Part shown: positions 1 through 11,971 of the stretch, one piece after another
How positions within the stretch are numbered: position 1 is the stretch's first letter
Layout of the letters: the number at the start of each line of letters is the position of its first letter
IMG/VR virus record: IMGVR_UViG_3300046048_000227
Span: 1 to 64,000 of that record
From: a virus
Direction: 5' to 3' (one strand)
Length of the DNA: 64,000 nt
Translations under genes and position numbers: made by a program
Notes under the pieces: model-generated
Database searches by the model: none
What the model saw: only the letters and a program-made list of their open reading frames with translations
Told to the model about the DNA's origin: nothing

Positions 1-88
1 CGCCAAAATTCCCCAACTACCCCCTTCATTGTGGCGCACGCGCGACCTGACGACACCTGACGATCTTCATTGGCACGCGCGCGTGCAT

Positions 89-319
89 ATGCGCCCGCAC
101 GTTAAATCGAATCACGCGTGAATCTTACTCGCGCCCGCGCACGTTAAATCGTATCACGCGTGAATCTTATCCGCGCCCGCGCACGTTAAATCGAAACAAT
201 TATGCCGAAATTTTTGTCCTTCCCAGACAAGACTCACGCGCGCGCGCTAATATCGAAAACACGCCACGCCACGATTCTACCCTACGCCAGACACCTTCAC
301 GCGCGCGCTAATATCGAAA
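89..319. repeat. Tandem direct repeats (3 copies of an ~41-bp unit, the last partial, plus 2 copies of TCACGCGCGCGCTAATATCGAAA-like unit)
   Basis: gcgcccgc(gc)acgttaaatcg at ~91, ~131, ~173; cacgcgcgcgc(gc)taatatcgaaa at ~235 and ~298. Confidence 0.85.
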
Positions 320-346
320 CGTGGATACTGGACACGATCAGTCCTA

Positions 347-608
347 TTGGGTCAATCTACCCAACAAATATTGGGTAAATGACCCTACAAACATTTGTTC
401 TATTGGGTAAAATACCCCAATTTTTAGCTTTCAACATTGGTCTCTATAACCCAATCTGTCAACATATTGTCAACCTTTTGTACTGGGAAAATACCCCAAT
501 CGGACAATGTTTACCCAATTTGCCTTGACACCAATTTTCTGCGACTTCTTTATATGAAGGGAAACGGCAAATTTGAGAGTAAAATCAAAAATTGGGTAAA
601 ATGCCCTA
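347..608. repeat. Array of ~6 imperfect inverted repeats TTGGGT-N6-ACCCAA
   Basis: Copies start at 347, 371, 403, 437, 484, 592. Confidence 0.75.
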
Positions 609-692
609 TTGACTTTGTTCGAAAAATTTGGGACAATTGTGGCATCAAGTTTTTTCACCCAATTCAGCGGCATTGCCGCAAGGAGATATAAC

Positions 693-1127
693 ATGTCCCA
701 GCACGAGATCGCAATGCAAATCCGTAACACGCTCGAAGGCATCGGTATTACCGATGACGCGACCATCGCCAACGCTATCGCGTTAGCATTCGTACAGGCG
801 GTCACAGCATCCCCCGCCTCCGCATACACGACGCCAAAGGCGTCAACCCGTGAAGAAGCTGTGAAGAAGGATGCTCTAAGCATCGCGGCGGAGAAGCAAC
901 GGGCACGCAAGCAAGCGCAAAAAGAATCCGCACCCGTGCTCGTGGAAGGCACGGTAGCACGCAAGGGACTCTCGTACAAGCTTGTTGACAAGGTCGCTAA
1001 CGTCAAGAAACAGTGCGTTATGCCCACATGCCGAAAACTGCGAAAAGGTCGCTCGCGGTTCTGCCCCGTGCACACGAAAGCAAACTTTGCACACAAGTGT
1101 GAGACTGGCAATAGCATTGACGACTAG
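693..1127 (+). CDS. Hypothetical protein with C-terminal Cys/His (Zn-finger-like) motif
   Basis: Strong RBS AAGGAG before ATG 693; CxxxxC...CxxH; GC hairpin follows. Confidence 0.7.
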   Translation: MSQHEIAMQIRNTLEGIGITDDATIANAIALAFVQAVTASPASAYTTPKASTREEAVKKDALSIAAEKQRARKQAQKESAPVLVEGTVARKGLSYKLVDKVANVKKQCVMPTCRKLRKGRSRFCPVHTKANFAHKCETGNSIDD

Positions 1128-1144
1128 ACACCACACGCACACAC

Positions 1145-1168
1145 AAGCCCCCGCTCATGCGGGGGCTT
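1145..1168 (+). terminator. GC-rich hairpin (terminator or processing stem)
   Basis: aagcccccgc-tcat-gcgggggctt after stop at 1127; U-tract weak. Confidence 0.5.
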
Positions 1169-1194
1169 AGTCGCGTGTATACCTATGCACATTT

Positions 1195-1210
1195 AGTCTA
1201 AATTTAGACT
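1195..1210. promoter_or_regulatory. 16-bp palindrome AGTCTAAA(T/C)TTAGACT, first of 6 dispersed copies
   Basis: Other copies at 5194, 11757, 26986, 50412, 56976. Confidence 0.75.
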
Positions 1211-1254
1211 GCATGTGCATGGTATCCACATCGACCTGATCTTTACAATCCGCA

Positions 1255-2005
1255 TAGTAGGTGCGCTCGAATCCCACCCCCTAACAGGTGGCGGCGAGTG
1301 TAGCAGGTGCGTGTATGTCGCTTAGCGTGACCGCGAGTACTGGGCGTGGCGGGCGGGCGAGATACGATAACAACTAAATAGCATGTGAGTAAGTTTCCTG
1401 ACCACGCGTTCCTTGCTCATATGTGCATATGCTTAGTAGGTGCGCTCGATATGCCGAGCGTGTGACAAGTACTTGCGCCCCTGGCGGGCGGGCGGGATGA
1501 GTGAGCGAATCGCATCCCACTACCTGCTGGCGGGGTGGCGGGGTACTTTCCAGAACTGGGTGGCGACGGGCACGCAGTAGTCACGACAAAACGTGTATGG
1601 CGAATTGAGCACGCATGATGAGCGTCCGCACTATGATTTCCCGCTATCCGTATCCGATCTTCTAGCAGGTCGAGCGACAAAACTTATGACAAGTGATAGT
1701 GGGTAGTGGGCACGAGATCATCAGAGACCCCTAACGGGCTTACGTGGTACGTCACGTTCGCGGTGCTGTAAACAAATTATTGACTAGCATGTGTTATTAG
1801 CGATACTAGCACGACGCCACGCCATAAAGACCATGTGGCTCACAGGAAAGCTACCAGATAACGCAAGGCAGTAAGGCGACAATGCCATAGCACGTGCTAC
1901 CAGTCACCTAGCAGGATGCGATTATGGCGTGTGTGCGACACAGTTATTCCAGAAAGTCATAACGCATATGTGACCTGTTAGGTGGGTGGAATAGTGCGCC
2001 CTACC
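1255..2005 (+). ncRNA. Candidate large structured non-coding leader RNA
   Basis: No + strand ORF of 60 aa or more; long-range complementarity 1257-1289/1973-2004, 1522-1528/1664-1670, 1819-1827/1922-1930. Confidence 0.45.
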
Positions 2006-2039
2006 CACACACAGAAAACATAACACACAGGAGAGTGAC

Positions 2040-2246
2040 ATGAACATAGCTAATAGCGGGTACGAGTATGATGATTCTTCGGCAATACATCGAGTGTTCA
2101 CGAATGAGTATGATGACTACTTGTTCGTAGACGACATTGACCTAGCAGTAGCCACGCAAGCGGGTGAGATCGTCGTTGATGACAATGGCGATTACGTGTT
2201 TACGAGTCGTGGTGCGTTTATTACCGCATCACACGCTTTAGACTAA
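2040..2246 (+). CDS. Small acidic hypothetical protein
   Basis: RBS AGGAGAG, 68 aa, flanked by a 26-bp inverted repeat. Confidence 0.7.
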   Translation: MNIANSGYEYDDSSAIHRVFTNEYDDYLFVDDIDLAVATQAGEIVVDDNGDYVFTSRGAFITASHALD

Positions 2247-5200
2247 CAACTAGTAGGGCGCACTCATCCACTCACCTAGTGAGTGAGATTATATAGCGAG
2301 GTGTAGAATGACTAAGATATTTACAGTAGCAGGCTTGATAGTTGTGTTGTTGGGGGCATTGAGCATGGCGGGGTATATTGCCGTGTTTAGTGGTGCGTTT
2401 ACGCAAGTAGGCGCGGTAGTAATCGGCGGTTCTTGCACATTAGCAGGAATCATGGCGCAGTAGTACCAGTTGGCAGAAATTTTCAGCGGGTACGTTGTCG
2501 GGGGGTCGCGGGGGCTTTTGCCCTGAAAGGAACTGCTCGATTTTCACCCCCCGATAGCGTATCCAACAAACCGCGCCCCCCTATGGGCTGGCGGGAGTAT
2601 AAACCGCTCCCCCGTACTGGGTGGCGGGAACATAGTGTGCTGTCCAGTAGTGTGCGGCACACAGTATACGGGAGAACAAGCATGAACAAGAGAATTTGGA
2701 AAGTAGTGCTCACAACTGAGCCGTATTTGGGTTCGGTTGTGCGAGTGTGGCGGAATGACGGTCTGCCACCGCGGGTGTATGTAGGTTATCGGCATTGGTA
2801 TCGCATGGAACGTGTAACACAGCGGTACGCATACAATCAAAGTAGGGTTATTACTCGTACTATGGGAGCATGACATGAAATCATATAGAGAGTTCTATAC
2901 ACGCAGAATACGAGAGGATAGCGTGTACATCGACAAATTGCACGACAGGATGGAGAATGCCACTGACGTTGAGCAGGCACGTGCAATATCCCGACAGATA
3001 GAGCGTGGCGAGAAGATGCTGGAGCGTTGGTGGAATGCCCTTGCTGATTGCATCTTATTAGGCATTGAGTAGGGAGTGAAAAACATGAGAACTTTTATTC
3101 GGTTGTACAGCCTATTCCGTACTGGGTATTTTAGTACTGTTCAGGTGATAGTGCGTGAAGAGATTATCGACAAGTCGTTGTTGGATGTGTTGTGCGACGA
3201 ATTTGATGGTTATGGGTGGGAGATTGCTGAGATGTATGCGGACACAGCGTTTGTCTCGTCAGAGAGTCATGGCGTTGACGGGCGCGAGTGTTATGGGCGT
3301 TTGTGGGCGTTTCCACCCCACACCATCCAGTACCAGAAGAACATAGTCAATAGCACGATAGCTAAGGGCGTGCTATGTGGTGAGTTGGAAAGTGAACCCT
3401 TACGTCAATGGTTAGTCAAGCAAGGTTATCTGTAAGGAGCGTGTAGTATGACCACCATAGCAGAGCACGGAGAAAACATACGTCGCTTGAGTACGAAGTT
3501 CGAGTTGATTCAGGCACGTATCGACAAGCTGGACGAGCGTTGGATTATATACACGCTTGAGATGGCACAAGGCGAGATCATGGTACAGCTATTCGATGAG
3601 TTGTATCAGGTGAATCAGCTATTATGTGCACGCTTAGACTTGGGAGTGTGAGATATGCCTATTACTGGAGAGTTGGTGCTTATACAGGCACGCATTGTAA
3701 AATGGGGGAGTCAGATCGACGTTATTGATGAGCGCATGAAGCGCACGCACACACTCAAAGCACGAAAGGCGTTGGATGAGCGCAAGTATTATCTCATGTG
3801 TGCGATAGCGGAGCAGGCATGGAAGATCAACAAGGTGCTAGAGAGCCTCCCCTGCGAGGGTGGCGGGTAGGATTGGTGGCGACGCCTTCCCGTCGAGCGT
3901 GGCGGGAAGGTATCTCTCTAGTAGGGAGCATTTATGCTCAAGCGGGTATAAACACCTGTTTGAACGGCAGTTATGGGAGCATGTAACATGAACACACTAG
4001 AAAGAGTAGCACATTTGAACAAGCTAATCGCGGCTAACGTCCAACGACTAAGCGAGTCTTTCGGTAACAAAAACATCCCGCAGTCAAGCGTGGCGGACTG
4101 CTATGCTGCGCTGGAAACTTACCGCAGTGAGCGGATGCACTTACTATACAGGGAGCATGAGTACGTGCTAATACTCATTGATCCTGACGGGGGTAAGAAG
4201 GTTATCGCAGAATTTAACAGCATGTACAATGCTTACGAGTACATGGATAACTTTGAAGAACTGCTCGATCCTAGTAAGTACGAGCGGACTAATGTACGTA
4301 CTATCATCACAGTCGATGGGTATGTGCGCCAGATTGAAGAACGGGAGGCAATATGAAGGGTGCAATTTGTATCTTAGCAGGGTTGGCGGCAGGCATTGTA
4401 GTCGCCTTTGCAATCAATGCAATCGTAAAGATCATGGCAGTTATATACATGGCTGTGGTCGCGGGAGGTATGTGATGGGAAAGTGGATTAGATTACGCAA
4501 CAAGACCGTGGCAAAGAAGATGTGGCGTGCTGGCAAGACAGTAGGGTTGCTGGCGTGCAACCTGCGCTTTGGGGGGATGATGGGGCAACCATGCCCTACT
4601 AAGCAAGCGGACTATGTTGAGCACTTGGAGTGCATGGATTGGCAATCTATCTATCCTGGGTGCACCATCGAAGAAGCAGCTTGGCGCAGTATGTATAATA
4701 ACTGGCAGTACTATAACGCCAACAGTGAGTGTGGTTACTACGCACACTATTACTTGGAGGTGAAGGATGAGTAGTGTAGCATTGACTTTCCTTGGGCTTG
4801 GGTGTATACTGGCGGGACTATTCGCCTGTGATTGGAGAGACACGCGGTACTCAATACTGCGCTTCCCATTAGCGGTGGCGGGAGCACTACTGGTGTGCGT
4901 CGCTATCATAACGTTACCTTGAAAGTATCTTACCCTAGGAGGGTACAATGAAAAAGTTTACCGTATTGACTAACAATGATCTTGAACGAGCACGCACTAC
5001 GAGCATAAATCGCAAGAGCGTGCGGATAGAGCACAAGGGCACGAAGTTATACGTGCCTGTGCTACCATTGCCTAGTGGTAGTAAGCCAGGACATGTAGGC
5101 TGGAGAACACGAGCCTTAGCAGAGCAAGTGTTTGATACCACTGCTAGTATCAATAAAACCCGCATACTACGAGTGGCGGGAATGCTTTAAGCGAGTCTAA

Positions 5201-5714
5201 ACTTAGACTAGGTAGGGTGCGTGTAACAACGCACCTTACCCATAGGAGATATAACATGTACTACACATTAGTATATTCATTTTGCAGGAAGGTTAGTACG
5301 TTGTACGTCATCGACGGAGAACTTACGTTTGATCAAGCCATAGACAAGTTAGATGAGATATTCTTAGCTTATACTAAGTGTGCTTGCTGTGGTGAGAGGT
5401 GGAAGTCTTGGCGAGTAAATAATCCTACCGAAGTAGTCAACATGACACATGTGCTACCCGCTAGCACTGTGGTCTATTACAGTGAGATAGGCAGGTTTGT
5501 TTTTGCGCGTCTTGTGCGCAAGGAGAGTGAAGAATGAACGAGTACATGATAGTACTACGACCCAACGGCAAACTAACACATATCCCAGGTGCACGAACAG
5601 CAACGTTTGTTGATCGTGTACTTGGGGGTGATTGGAAGGCTTGCCTATTAACACAAGCAGAGAGCGTAGAGCAAGCGAAGGTACGATTTGAGCAGGTGCA
5701 CAAGGAGCAAGATC

Positions 5715-6938
5715 ATGGATGAGATCATACTATGCCAAGTGAGTACGGAGTTGATACAGCCAATCAATACAACGCTGGAATACTATCAGCGCGCGTATGG
5801 CTATATGGACGGGTATCATATACCGTCCAAGCACTTCATGGAGATACCGCTATGGATTGCAGTGGTGGCAGGTAAGCTACATAAGTATACACCAAGATTA
5901 CACATCGTACAGAACGTAGAAGATACAGTGAAGTACCTGAACAAGCAAGACTCAGACGTACCAGTACTGTTTAGTGTGCTTGATGTGAACAAGCATATCA
6001 TTCGTAGCATAGTGGATGAGGTAGACAGTCGCAGAATAATCTTAGGCGGCTATGTAGACCCTGAGTACTTCTTGTTCTACGACAACGTAACGTGGTTAGA
6101 TAGTGTCGATGAACTGTCAGGTGAGTTCCAGTACTACGATCATGCCGCGGCACCAGATTACACACTATTCAAGTGGATGTGGACAGTGCCACGATTGACC
6201 TTGAGCAAAGGATGCCTGCATAGCTGTAAGTTTTGCAGTGTAGAGCGGGTGCTAACTAGCATGTCAACGCTGGAGATAAACCAGCAAGTGACAAACATGA
6301 GAGGACTCAACTTCAAGCTTATGTACATAGACGATAAGACGTTTGGGCAGTCGTCTAATTGGAGATTGCTACGTGCAATTTACGAGGAGATAATTGCCTA
6401 TAACCCTGAGTTTATGGGGTTCATTGTACAAACAACTGTACCCTACGCAGTGAAGTACATACGTGAGTGGGTGGAAGACTACCATGTACTGCACGTAGAA
6501 GTGGGCGTCGAAGTACCGAGCGACAAGTTTCTGGAAAAGATGAACAAGCCATACCGTATGAATAAGCTCAACAAATTGATAAATATAGTACGTGAGCTTG
6601 TACACATGGACGAGTACAAAGTAGGGTTCATTCCTAACCTGATCTTTGGTATGCCAGACGACGATTATGTATCCACGTACCGTTGGGTGCGTAGTTGTCA
6701 GGACATTATCAGCTTTGTTAATCCATACGTGCTAAGTTATTACTCAAATGCTAAAGGGGATATAATAGGCGATGAGCAAGAACGCGGTGCACAAGACAGC
6801 AACGAGAACACCACAGATAGAACGTGGCTGTCACCTATGGAGCAGAAATTAACCGAGGTGTTCATGTACAAAATACTCAACCACACATTACTCAATCTGT
6901 CATTACGAGCAGACGAGGTAGGCGTAAAAGTAGTGTAG
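5715..6938 (+). CDS. Radical SAM protein, probably with a degenerate B12-binding-like N-terminal domain
   Basis: CxxxCxxC (GCLHSCKFC), IILGG, YIDDKTF, GVE, LIFGMP motifs. Confidence 0.85.
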   Translation: MDEIILCQVSTELIQPINTTLEYYQRAYGYMDGYHIPSKHFMEIPLWIAVVAGKLHKYTPRLHIVQNVEDTVKYLNKQDSDVPVLFSVLDVNKHIIRSIVDEVDSRRIILGGYVDPEYFLFYDNVTWLDSVDELSGEFQYYDHAAAPDYTLFKWMWTVPRLTLSKGCLHSCKFCSVERVLTSMSTLEINQQVTNMRGLNFKLMYIDDKTFGQSSNWRLLRAIYEEIIAYNPEFMGFIVQTTVPYAVKYIREWVEDYHVLHVEVGVEVPSDKFLEKMNKPYRMNKLNKLINIVRELVHMDEYKVGFIPNLIFGMPDDDYVSTYRWVRSCQDIISFVNPYVLSYYSNAKGDIIGDEQERGAQDSNENTTDRTWLSPMEQKLTEVFMYKILNHTLLNLSLRADEVGVKVV

Positions 6939-9198
6939 TAACCTACCACCACAACATAACATAACCCTTAGTTACTGGAGGATAATATGGATGCTTACGT
7001 TAGGTGACATTATCGTAGAGCGTTTTGTCATAGAGAAAACAAAGCACATACGTCCAGCAGGAGAGTGAGACATGTTAGTATACAGATGGGAAGTAATCAC
7101 AGGAGAAGGGTGCTTTATGGCAGGAATTACCTCATGGTTTAGCAATAAATCACAGTACTTGTACCGTAAGTGGATGAGTACAGTCCACGACAAACTACCA
7201 TACCCGCACTATGTAAGTTGGCGAACACCACAAGGTAGGGATGTTCCGTCAGTAAACAGGTACTTCGATAAGGTGTGCCAGTACACGGCAGACTACACAT
7301 ACAGATATGCTTTTAGTTCTATGGAGCAACTACGTGAGTATATGCCTAAGAATTGGGATAAGTACCTGCTTGAGTTTGGTTGCCACCTAGTATCATACTG
7401 GGTGGATGCGGATGAGGAGGATGGGGGATTACTAGTATCCGACTCACAAGTGGTATTCCTAGAAGATTATGCAGAGTTTATCGAGGAGATAATATAATGA
7501 GTAGCGTATTCGATAGAATGGCAATGGAAGAACATGTAAGGGATGCTGGCACATGGTACGATGTGTACAGTGAGAGATATGCCAACGAACTTGTTGGCTT
7601 AGATGATGGTGAATACCCTGCTACCGTGGGTACTCCTGGCGCAGACGATGAATACTTCATGGAGGACTATGATGATGTGCACTGTGTGCACGGTGCATTC
7701 ATAGGATACCCTGGAGGGGCTGATTTTATGTGTGGTCTGTGTGAGAACGGACAGGTATTCCCAAAGCAGGATAGAAAGTGGGAGTTACACATATACGGTA
7801 GAATAGTATGGACAGTATACAAGCAGGAGGACACAGCAAAATGGGATAGTTTGATCGCCTTATGTAAGAAGGAGGACGTATCTTACAACATTATTCAGCA
7901 GGAATATACATGGTGGGACACGGAGGAATAGCATGACTAGTAAATTTCAGCCACTATTAGATGCAGTAAATGAGGGGCAGGCAGTGTTAGTTTCTAGCGC
8001 AGAATATGGACTGCCAACTATCCACGATGTAGGGCATAGCTTACAGACTAGCGGAGAAGTAGAGCACTGTGGGTTTGGTTGGTTTATTGCCCCAGTACTA
8101 GGGAGTTCTGTAACTTTCGATGGTGGTGGAGCTATGCTACGATCAAGTAATATTAGTTGGACACCACTACGAGTAGCTAACCAAGATCAGCTAGATTTCA
8201 TGGGCTATGATATTGATGAGGTTAAAACAACCTTAGAAAAATTAATAGCGGAGGATATATGAACAGCTATACAGTACTACTAACAGGAGATGATTATGAT
8301 GAAGTAACAGTCCTGCACATCACTACTGAATACTTTGTAGGTGTTGAAGATGTACCATACGATTGCAAAATACTCATTGGAGACACGACAATCGAAAGTG
8401 ATTGTGCGTCAATAGAGCTTATTAGGAACTACTAGGAGGCATAGCATGACTATATACATAGTGATAGTGTTCGTTGTACTAGTACTGGCATGGTGCATAT
8501 CGCGTCGAGTAACAAGGATTGACAAGCACCAACAACACATACGAAGTGAGAGGTTCTATCGCATGGTCGATAGAAGGGAGCAATAACATGTTTTACATAT
8601 TCGCTTACCACTTAACCAAGGAATATCCAAGCGTTATAGTAGAGGCAGGTAACAAAGAAAAAGCAGTTGAAGTTGCCTTGAATGCGGGTTGGTTAGATTT
8701 CAGTAGATGCTCTGGTTGTGGAGATGATCTCTGGGATTGTTATGATATTGGATACCCTGACCTAGAAACTGCCGCAAGGGTGGATAGTCGTCGTAACATG
8801 ATGCAAAGTCACGTTAGTATACTAGCAACTGATCGTGTCAATGCCACACAAGAGGAACTTGACAGGATGCGTGATACTGTTATGCAGTTAGGATACAGAA
8901 AGCATGTGCCTAGTGATGAAGACATTATAAACATGCTAGCGTCCATATTAGTGTACACCGAGAGTAAGGAGGTGCACGATGAATAGATGGAACACGCTTG
9001 CTGGTTTGGCAAACTATTGGGCGTCATCCTACGGTGAGATCGAGTGCCCAGGATGCGGATGTAAGCACGAGGTAGACTGGAATACAGAGTATGGTGAGCC
9101 TTATGACGGTAAGTATCTAGTCGAGTGCAAAAAGTGTAACAAAAAATTTGATGTGGTTGTAGAGACAATCACTACCTATACAGTAGAGGAGATAAAAC

Positions 9199-9855
9199 AT
9201 GAGCGATTACAGTGGTAAGTGGCTAAAGCTAGGGAGTGTGCAAAACTTGCTAGATGTGTACTCCTTAGCATTTCCTGAAGAGATTGAAGCTGGCACTGAC
9301 TGGTACGGTAAAGCTAATGAGTGGGCACGTACCTTAGCTAAGCAGGTAGGCATTAACGTTAACACTATTATCGACATAGTAGCTAGCCTATCACCTAACA
9401 ACGCATGGGAGCGCAACAAGTCTGATACCCTGCTACTGATTAACTCATGGCAAGCAGGTATAACTGATCCCAAAGAGATTAAGTGTGCGACGTTTAACAA
9501 CCAAGTCCAGAAAGCACTAGATATACTGTCTGGAAAATACACAAAACTCATCGGCGGGAAAGTAGAGAACTTTGCACACAACATACGACGACCAGAAACA
9601 GTAGCTGATGAGGTAGTTACCGTAGATCGGTGGGCATTTCGTGCTTGGATATGGAACAGTAGGCAGTCAGCTACCCTTAGCCCTGCTATGATGAAGAGAA
9701 TAGCGAAGGATTACCAGATCGCGGCTAAGATGGTAGGTAAAACACCACGAGATTTCCAAGCAATAGTATGGCTAGTAGTGCGCCGAGCAGGGAACAACGG
9801 CAAAGCTAAAGTGTGCGGCTTAGATAGACTGAAGGCACAACTAAGATTATTTTAG
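9199..9855 (+). CDS. DUF7178-like phage protein (HhH-GPD/glycosylase-like helical fold)
   Basis: WY..A, LSPNNAW.RN, KV.NF, VTVDRWA, QAIVW motifs. Confidence 0.55.
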   Translation: MSDYSGKWLKLGSVQNLLDVYSLAFPEEIEAGTDWYGKANEWARTLAKQVGINVNTIIDIVASLSPNNAWERNKSDTLLLINSWQAGITDPKEIKCATFNNQVQKALDILSGKYTKLIGGKVENFAHNIRRPETVADEVVTVDRWAFRAWIWNSRQSATLSPAMMKRIAKDYQIAAKMVGKTPRDFQAIVWLVVRRAGNNGKAKVCGLDRLKAQLRLF

Positions 9856-10317
9856 GAGGCATGACATGGTGTACGAAGTAAATATCTCAATGGCGTATAA
9901 CGCAGACAGTCCAGAAGAAGCGGCTCAACTTTATCTGAACAACATTAGAATGCACACCGACTGGTACATTAAAGTCAGGTGTGTGGATACCGACAAAGAG
10001 TTCACAGTAGATTCTGCTGATTGGGAAGTAGAGGAGGAGTGATATGCTAACATTACAGAAACAGAAAATAACCATAGAGTATGGACGAGAAAGTAGGTCT
10101 AAGTACCGTAAACGCTCACCAACTAGGAGGAAGATAATAAGAACTGTCCAGCAAGCTGAACAAACAGGGCACGCTAGCTATGACTGGTACGGGGGTAAGT
10201 GGTTACAGTGGACAGGAGTAGCACAAGTAGGTGGCAAAGCTGTAAGAGTCTGGGGGTACAATAAAGGTGACTGTCCCCCCGAAGAGTGGGCAAACGACAC
10301 ATACTAGGAGGTATGTT

Positions 10318-10761
10318 ATGAAAACACGATGGACGATTACTAAGATAGAGCTTGACACGGACAAAGAACCCATATCAGCTACTATACTGGACAATCTTGG
10401 TTACTTCTGGAAGTGGGACAAATATGCACAATATAAACAGCTAAAAATAGTGTATGATGCTAACTTCCCAGATAAGCACCCAGTACCAGAAGAGACTGAT
10501 GGGTACACAGCAGGAACGTTAGAGCAAGCACTGGTAACTCTCAGTGTGAACCAATTTATTAATCTGCGAGTAAACCAAAAGAAACAATATAAAGATAGAC
10601 CGTGCCCATTTTGTGGAGGTATTGAGCTAGACATGATGGTAACTGAGGATGGGCTTAGATACTATGTAATGTGCTTAGATTGCAATGCTCAAGGCAGTCC
10701 TCAACCCACTGACAGAACAGCACTGTTGGCATGGAACAAAGCAGGAAGATGGGAGGCATAA
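10318..10761 (+). CDS. Protein with C-terminal Lar-family restriction-alleviation Zn ribbon
   Basis: PCPFCGG...VMCLDCNA.G...A...WN. Confidence 0.65.
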   Translation: MKTRWTITKIELDTDKEPISATILDNLGYFWKWDKYAQYKQLKIVYDANFPDKHPVPEETDGYTAGTLEQALVTLSVNQFINLRVNQKKQYKDRPCPFCGGIELDMMVTEDGLRYYVMCLDCNAQGSPQPTDRTALLAWNKAGRWEA

Positions 10762-11055
10762 CGTGAGCTACTACTTTTCTATCCACGCACAAGACAGGTT
10801 GGATACAGACTTGTGCTCTTTTGTAACCCCAGAGGAGGTGTTAAATGAGATCATAACAAAGAAAGAGCACAGTGCTAATGGCAGTCACTGGGTGCTGATC
10901 AAAGACCTGCCTATGATTTATAGACTGCCTAGAAGGAAGGGAAAGACTGCTGTTGGTGATCGCATAGTTGCTATCGTCAGAGAGCAGACTATTGTAACAG
11001 TAATGCTTAGAGAAAAGACCGAGGCATTACCTACAAACTGCCATTTCTTTTGGGA

Positions 11056-11084
11056 TTGACACCAAAAATTTTTTGTGGTAAGAT
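11056..11084 (+). promoter_or_regulatory. Sigma70-type promoter with extended -10
   Basis: TTGACA-17-TAAGAT with TGTGG upstream of -10. Confidence 0.75.
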
Positions 11085-11971
11085 GCCTTGAAGGAGTTCA
11101 ATATGATTAGATACTTGTCAAAAATGGTGTACACCCAAAAACGAATGTGTATCTGTGACAATTGCCGAGCTATCCAATACTTTGCTAGAGACAAGGAGAC
11201 TTGTTTTATGTGTGACGGTGAAGTACTTGAATACAAATTAGTTAGAACAGACAAAGGAGATGCTAATGAAAGTGAAAAATCTGGGCAACAAAGTGTCTGT
11301 GATCGTGACCAATAAGGAGTGGGCTGATACCATTGCTGACTTCGGCACTGAGAAGGCAGACGGAGCAACAGTTAGTGAAGGGAGTGGGCACTACAAGAGC
11401 TTATCAGCTAAGACCATTCAAGAAAATATCTGGGAAGTTACGATCTTCACTAAGAATGTACTACAATTCCAGATAGATGTACTCGAACTGTTGCAGGAAT
11501 ACTTGCAAGACACCAAAGAAGAGTCAGTACTAGTACATACTGGCGGACAAGCAAAGTTATACTACCTATAAGGAGCAACATATGGGCAAGCAACGATTTA
11601 TCTCAAAAGATTCAGCCATTGCATGGCTGGAAGACCATGGTTGTGTTGTAATTGACAAGGCTATTAGCGTACCGGAACAAGCAGGTTTAGCTACTTGGGG
11701 AGCGGTAGATTTCCTAGTGAACAAGCACAAGCACTACCTAAAACGTGCACGTATCTAGTCCAAACTTAGACTGGCAGGTAGGGTATGCCCCTGCCTGCCT
11801 TTTACATAAAGGAGTACACCATGAAGCAGGGAGATAAGATTAAGATTAAACTGGGCGATAAGATAAAAATTGCTACCTTCTTGTCTGAGCAAGAGGGTGT
11901 TATCTTTTGTACTGTCAACGGGTACGCACCATTGCAAGTTGCAAAAGAAAATGTTATCAAGGAGAAAACAA

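Noticed and set aside
89-608. Possible CRISPR array
   Set aside because: Repeats are adjacent or irregularly spaced with no unique 30-40-nt spacers; no cas genes.
679-695. AAGGAGATATAACATG resembles the T7 gene 10/pET RBS (possible vector contamination)
   Set aside because: No T7 promoter or vector sequence nearby; the same AGGAGATATAACATG occurs natively at ~5245-5258.
1261-2004. Group II intron (GTGCG start, ...CCCTAC end)
   Set aside because: No recognisable domain V catalytic hairpin, no RT ORF and no interrupted gene.
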